Under the pieces are notes generated by a model. It had not been told where the DNA came from and ran no database searches. It saw only the letters and a list, made by a program, of their open reading frames with translations. DNA of 64,000 nucleotides from contig OZ024755.1 of assembly GCA_964016885.1 (NCBI GenBank), positions 1 through 64,000 on the forward strand, read 5' to 3'. Position numbers and translations under genes: made by a program. The number at the start of each line of letters is the position of its first letter. Position 1 is the first letter of the stretch. The DNA is from Eledone cirrhosa (lineage: Eukaryota). This document shows, piece after piece, positions 57,321-64,000 of the stretch.

Positions 57321-59240
57321 TACAAGCTTATGTGAAACATGGAATTTCACATTGATAGATTACACAGCTAGACAACAGTGTTATTTAGGGTAGGATTGGC
57401 AAGGTAAGCAATTGTATGTGTCCCACCTACAAGCTATTCTGGGTTTTGCATGAGCTTGTAGATTCATGTGCACTAACTGGATCTCTTTCCCCATGAGGAA
57501 AGAGTTCCTGCCGTTTTGCCTTTCCATTCTTACATGATGTTGTTTCTCTTGTTATTTGTTGCATGTCACCTATAACCTCCCAAACATCAAACATACAACA
57601 AATCATTTTTACAAATAAAAACAATTATTGTTCTAATACAAATAATCAATGAATGAAAAATACAACACAGATATTTCTAATGATACAAGACAAAGATCTT
57701 GGGTTGGAAAACAATCCAATAGGGGACTCAATGTAGACATGCAAAATATCTGAAAAGAAGAAAAATTACAAAAATTGTGCTTCTATTAGAAAATGTTGAA
57801 GCCACTAAAAATTTGAATATGTTTGTGTGGTGCCTACTTCCAGACAGGTGGACTGGTCGACAAACAATTAACTGAATATAAAATATTACTGGTAACAAGA
57901 CAATCTACTAACTCATTGGTTGACTGACAATAATTTATCAGCCTGGCAATCTCTGGCTCTTAGAGAACTTTATTGTTAGTTCAAAACTTTCTTTCTCCCC
58001 CACCTCTCTCACATACAGACATACACCTCTGAGTTGGACCTCCATCAGTTCTAATGATGTGTGCTTCAGTTGTTGAAACAACAAAACAGTCCGCATATAA
58101 AATTAACATGCAAGTGACTGAGATTCCACAAATAGATGTACACTTACCATAGTTCATAGGGAGATTCAGTGTGAATGTATGAACATGAAATAAAGTGTCT
58201 TGCTCAAGGACACAATACAGCGTTGGAAATCGAACTGATAGCATTACACCCTAATCAGAAAGCTACATGCCTTTACTGTATTCTAATAATGTATATAATT
58301 CTGTTTTTGCTTTTGATACACCTAGGTTAATTGTGGCAGGAAATGTGTAATTACTTTTTTTTTTTTTTTAGAACAAAGTCTATCTGTGGTGGCAGAGGTG
58401 GATGTGATGACTATGTTGGTGCTGGTGGTGTAATAACTTACAATGCACCATCGTAAATTGAACTGATAACCTAATGATCATAAGCCAAATACCCTAACCA
58501 CTAATCGCATGCCTTCACGCATGCACATACATATGATAGTTAGAATCAGTCCACACTTCTAAATTTGTGTCGTGGTTGAGATGATAATGGACTGAGAAGA
58601 GTGGAAATTTGTCCCACTTCACTCCTTATCCAACCCAGCATGAAAAAAAAACAATTGTTCTTATAATGATGATATGGATGATGACAATAGTGAGTTATAG
58701 TATACCCAATATAGAACTGCAAAAATTAGCTGTGGTAGTAAGCATAAGATCATTGGTGAAATCACATGAGTAAATATTAAATATTAAGCTTCTTTATTTG
58801 TTAAAATATTATGGGTGGATGGTATATAACCCCTCTCCTGATAGAGTTGTAGGGATGCTGTAGTGGTATACAGTGTTTCTTGGACATTTTATAGCTTGGT
58901 GGAGACCATCTCTCTCCAGGTCTGAATACACAAAATTTCTTCCAGAGAAGGATAGAGTGAGAGAATGAGAGATATAGATGAAGACTCGACTGGTACCCTT
59001 TTTTTTTATCTTTAAGAAACTCCAATGCCATGATAAGAGTAAAACTATAATTTGCTGATATTAACAATCCCTTCTAACCATGCATTATCATATATGATAA
59101 AGAGGTGACTGTACATAAGAGAGATGCAGATCCCTTGCCTGTTCGGGAGATCAGTATCACAACTGACTTGGTCTATGTAGACCCATTAAACCCTTGATAG
59201 CATGGAAAGTGGATGTTATGATGATGATAATAAGAAAATA

Positions 59241-59527
59241 CAGTGGGACCTTGGTTCACGAACGCCTTTCATCACAAATGGTGTCTTGAGTAAATAAACA
59301 CGCAAGCTGGCAACAAGGGTTGGTGACAAGCTTGGTGTATCAGTGGGAAAGCATCACTTGTTGTGTAGTTAGTTACTATGGTGATATCTGTCTTTCACAA
59401 ACAGTCTCTCTCTTACTGTATTTCTCTTTCAACATTTCGTATGGGAAAAATAGTTTCGGTTTACAAACATTTTGGACAATGAATGGCCTTCAGGAATGAA
59501 TTAAGTTTGTGAACTGAGGTTCCACTG
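59241..59527. mobile_element. Tigger-like MITE
   Basis: TIRs cagtgggaccttggttcacgaac / gtttgtgaactgaggttccactg with TA on both sides. Confidence 0.8.
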
Positions 59528-59782
59528 TATTTCTTTGATAATAAATTAGAAAGGAAATGACTTTTTTATGTAAGTGAAGCAACATTTCTTTTGATAATCA
59601 AGCAGCATGCTCAATATAAAAATACCATACCTGTCAATTAGATTAAATATACATAATATATAGCATACACATATTTTTTAATGATTTAATAAAAATGGAA
59701 ATAAAAGTGAATATGTCGAGACTAACAGAGAAAGGAATTGGAGGATGCATTTGGTAAAAAAAAAAATGCGAGAACCACTCAC

Positions 59783-59830
59783 GTTCTGGGGGTTTAGATA
59801 TCCACTGTCCAAGTTGTCCTAGCAGAGCGT
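59783..59830 (-). CDS. Candidate 48-nt KIF13B-like exon
   Basis: tcacAG acceptor and C|GTGAGT donor; open in phase 1-1 (ALLGQLGQWISKPPE), compatible with the exon at 55051. Confidence 0.5.
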
Positions 59831-60456
59831 CTGTGATAACAAATATATATTTGTAGGCAGTTCTCTAATAGCTATACTAAATAATTTACTTGATGGCAAA
59901 AAACTGTTTATAAAGGAACTTTATACTGAAACCAAAACCAATAATGATTTTAAGGTTCATATTAATATATAATGATAAATGTACCAAGATGGATGTAACT
60001 GGATGTAAATTTATCAATGAGGATAGATTTACTCAGAAATCTTAAATATAATCAAGGCCAAACTCAGGTTTAGCAACGTGTGTGGTGACCATTTCATCTG
60101 CAATTGCATTTGTGATGAAAACACATCGCAAATAATAAAATTCTCTAATGTGTAAAAATGAAGTTAATGTGTTAAAAGAAAAAAAATGAAAAGGTTAAGT
60201 TATTAAAACATTAATAGAATAATAACAATGTTGTATGTATTAAAACATTCATGTAATTTTTTTAGAAATAGAAATAACAAAAATGATCATAATTATATTA
60301 AACATTAATGAGTAAAAAAAGAAACAACATTTTACAACTGACTTAACAACTTGAGATGGAGACAAAAGAACATTCCATGCTTGTTAGAGAAGTGGTAAGA
60401 AAAAATCACATCAAAATATATATCACTAATTTGATACAAAACACTTTTATAGTAAA

Positions 60457-61315
60457 CTAGCACTGGTACCCGGCGTTGCACGGGATAAGGTATTTTGGAA
60501 GGCGGGCCGCCAACAGACCTAATCGTGGAAAAACTGCATGCCTGGACAATATATAAAGAAAATAAACCAAATACTCTGATGGCTGGATAATCTTTAAGAT
60601 TTTCCTCGATGAAGCAGGAAAAATGCAGGTTTTCACTTGAAAATGAATTTTTTTTATGTGCATAATATTGCCTTGAAATTTCGGGAAAATCGGCTAGACG
60701 TAATGCCTCAAAAAAGCCCTAAAAAGCTGAAAAAATGAAGTTTTTCAACTAATGCCGGCCCTAGGCCATAAAAAGTTGGATTTTCTTTGCTCACGGTATG
60801 AAGAAGAGACTGACAAATACATAGTTACAATTTCAAGGAAATCGGTCTGACGTAACACCTCAAAAAAACCCTAAAAAGCTTACAAAAACGCAGTTTTTCA
60901 CCTAATGTGGGCCCTAGGGGATAAAAAAGTTGAATTTTTTTATGTGCACAACACTCCCTGAAACATAATACACATGTAAAGTTTGAAAAAATGGATTGGG
61001 TACTTCTCGAGTTTTAGGGATTCAAACTCAGAGACAGACATCCTCAGGGAAGTGACGTAATGCAGAGTCAGACATACAGACATATTATATGTATGTATCT
61101 AAAAAGAGAAAGACTAAGAATTATAGAGAGAGATCGCTAAATCGCCTAATGTGGTCCCTAGGACATCGAAAATTTGAAATTTCTTTTGCTCAGAACACTC
61201 CCCGAAACATAAGTATTACATGTGTAAAGTTTGAAAACAGTCGGTTGGGTGGTTCTCGAGTTTTAGGGATTCAAACTCACACACACACAGACATCCTCAG
61301 TTTTATATATATAGA
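60457..61315 (-). mobile_element. Complete non-autonomous Helitron
   Basis: 5' TCTATATATATAAAA, 3' hairpin CCCGTGCAACGCCGGG then CTAG, inserted between A and T, internal direct repeats. Confidence 0.85.
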
Positions 61316-61624
61316 TAAGTAAAAGGTAAATTAATAATGTTTATACAGATACAGAAATGTGATAAGAATATGAATTAATAAATTGTGAATTAAAAGAACA
61401 GAAAGATGTTGGTTGGGGAAGGGGGAGAGATGGCTCAACTAGAAAAGTAATTTTCAGAAAACATCACCTTGAGATGAGAGAAAAAAAAATCACTGAAATT
61501 GTTTTTGAGAAACAAAAATAATTTAGTGATATGTTCTTATCTATAATTCTTTATTTTTATATCATATACTGAAGAATATGAATGAGGAGAGTCTTTTGAT
61601 TTCTTTATATCTAAATACCAATGT

Positions 61625-61827
61625 ACGATTTATACTTGAATATAAGCTGACTCCTCTCTATTTTATATCTGAGAAATGGGCAAAAATCCTAACCTTGTTT
61701 ATAAGTCAAAGCAGCTAATCAACACATTATGTTTAAACAGTGAATATAAGTTGACCTCACCCACCATTTTACCATTGATTTTTTTTTGGTTACATATTCC
61801 TCGGCTTATATTCAAGTATATATGGTA
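61625..61827. mobile_element. Small pogo/Tc2-like MITE
   Basis: Inverted ends tatacttgaatataagctga / tcggcttatattcaagtata. Confidence 0.55.
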
Positions 61828-62899
61828 AGTAATTCTTTTTGAGAGAGAGAATAGTTTGTTTAATCCCCCCACCCCATTGACTTGACTCTTACCTCATTCT
61901 GCAAAAACTGTGATGATGTTCATCCATTGTTTCCAATCATATTATCAAAATAAATATATACCAACAAAACAAAGCAGGCAAAGAAATGTAGTTTCATTGC
62001 AAGTGAACTATAAACCAGGACAGATCAAAAACAAAGATGCTATTTGCAAAAGATTATATATATAAGAATCCAATCCCCCCTCTAAAGTGGGCAAGCTGGT
62101 GACACAATAAAAAGTGCCCAGTCTATCCTGTTAGGTGGGCGCTGTGGTGCATTCAATCATTACATTCAATCATAACATAAAACAAAAGAGAGTCCAATGG
62201 TTCAGACATGGCACATAACCAACCAACCAACATGGATTTTTGGCTGCAAGGCCAACCTAGGAAAAATGGATTAATGGCATCAAGGAAACCGTGACATTAT
62301 ATAGCATCATGCTAAGACAGGTCTCTTAACATGCCACAGAATGACGACAGTTTCTTCTTATAACACCACCAAAGATACAAACAAATAGATAACATTTCTA
62401 AAATAAAATAGGTTTCTCTCAGTGGAAAGGAAGAAAACCCATTATACTATGAAGCAAGTAAATCCAAACAGGGTTTATTTCTTTCTTTAAGTTGATCAAC
62501 TACCAATGAACTGGCCATTCACTGAAAACACACTGATTGCAAAACTGGCTGCAGAAATGTGAACCAATTTGAATTTACTGATAGATTTGAGAATAAGGTT
62601 TTATGATGTAGTTTTATATGAGACTAATTGAATAAATCAAAGACACCCAGATCAATCAAGACCAAATATTTGGCTGGAATCATTTTTACTGAATCATAGA
62701 AAACAAAAACACAGCAACATTATTCAAAAACTATCAGACAAGCTCTAATGGAAAAAAAAAAAAAGAAATTGGCCAAACCCTGATATATTGTGTATCTATT
62801 TCTTAAGATAAAGTCTATATTTGACAAAGTTCACTGATTAGTGTAAAACTTTGAGATGGTATATAAATTACTTTTAGATGATAATAATAAAGATATTTT

Positions 62900-63235
62900 T
62901 TTCTTCTACTGGTTCGAGTTATTAGATTGAGGTCATAATGGAGGCACTACATTGAAGGGATTTAGTAAACCATATTAATCCCAGGACTTAACTTTTTCAA
63001 GTCAGGTACGTATTTTATCTTTTTTTTGTTAAACAGCTAAGTTTCAGGACATATACACATAGTAAATGTGTGCACATACACATACAGACACATAACAGGC
63101 TTCCATGGTTTTAGTCTACCAAGTTTTCACTCACAAGGCATTGGTCAACCCGTGGCTAAAGGTACCATGCAGTGGGACTGAACCTGAAACCATGTGGTTA
63201 TGAAATAAAATCCCTTAACCATGCAGCCATGCCTG
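62900..63235 (-). mobile_element. Decayed tRNA-derived SINE
   Basis: Minus: gcatggctgcatggttaag A box and ggttcagtccc B box. Confidence 0.55.
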
Positions 63236-64000
63236 CTAATATTAGGATAACATTTTATTTGATCAATTGAACATTTGGAAAATGATTTTATATACATATA
63301 TATGTGGCTTGTACCTCGGATCACTTAGCAGTAATACTTATTGCAAAAATGCAATGACATCACCTTGGACTATAACAATTTTTCTCTTTCTGATCAAGTG
63401 CAATAATTTATTATGTAATGCATGTGATTAAGCATGGGATTTTGCAGTGAGCGTATGTAAACAGTTATTGTATAGAATCATATATTAAGGAATGAACTCT
63501 CAAGAAATTTCTCTATCTGACCAATTCTTCCTCTTTTTCTTGGTACCATACTTATTATTATTATTATATATATATATCATGTTTCTAAAGAATATGTCAA
63601 TTCAGTTATCTCTTTCACTGCTTTACTTAAAGAGGTAAGGCATTTTAAGAAAGATATACATAAAAAGACATGAAAAATGGCCAAAATATTTTTGCCAAGA
63701 TTAATCTGCTATGAATGGTGTTTTTTGTTTAACTTGTCAAACCATAAGATGGTACTTTATCTTTTCACTAAAAGCAGCATAATGTATACATACGTTTGTG
63801 TATCTCTTTATTAGGAACCATACATACACACACATATGCATATATATATGTATGTACATGTGTATGTTTGTATATATATATACATATACTTGTACATGTA
63901 AGCATTGTGCATATATTTGATCATATTAAAACATAACAGTGACTATATACACACACATTTATATAAATATATTCATTGGGCTATACAGAAGATAACCAAA

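Noticed and set aside
61893-61898. 6-nt microexon candidate (cag|AATGAG|gtaaga) on minus
   Set aside because: Would introduce TGA in the phase 1 required by the downstream KIF13 exons.

Overview
Eukaryotic (metazoan), very AT-rich, repeat-dense genomic DNA. The SINE/RTE repertoire and huge (TA)n tracts look cephalopod (Octopus-like); that assignment is inference. Host genes, both on the minus strand: the last 4-5 coding exons of a KIF13B/Khc-73-type kinesin-3 (CAP-Gly tail, 46636-59830) and an isolated first coding exon of an RMND5 (GID2) homologue (28375-28510). The rest is mostly transposon debris: RTE LINEs (two with a C4HC3 PHD-like finger inside the RT), CRE-clade non-LTR fragments, an internally deleted Gypsy, mariner, pogo/Tigger, Merlin, non-autonomous Helitrons and tRNA-derived SINEs. 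The standout is a near-identical ~480-497 bp tandem array (25068-27835) inserted in (TA)n. Each unit carries a type I hammerhead ribozyme with a minimal palindromic helix III; four units lie on the minus strand and two are inverted on the plus strand, head-to-head. It looks like a retrozyme/Penelope-type element predicted to yield ~0.49-kb self-cleaved monomers or circles. Two unrelated hammerheads (40113-40170 and a decayed one at 9531-9630) share the same unusual U-U closure of helix II. All family calls come from motif recognition by eye; no database search or folding program was run.
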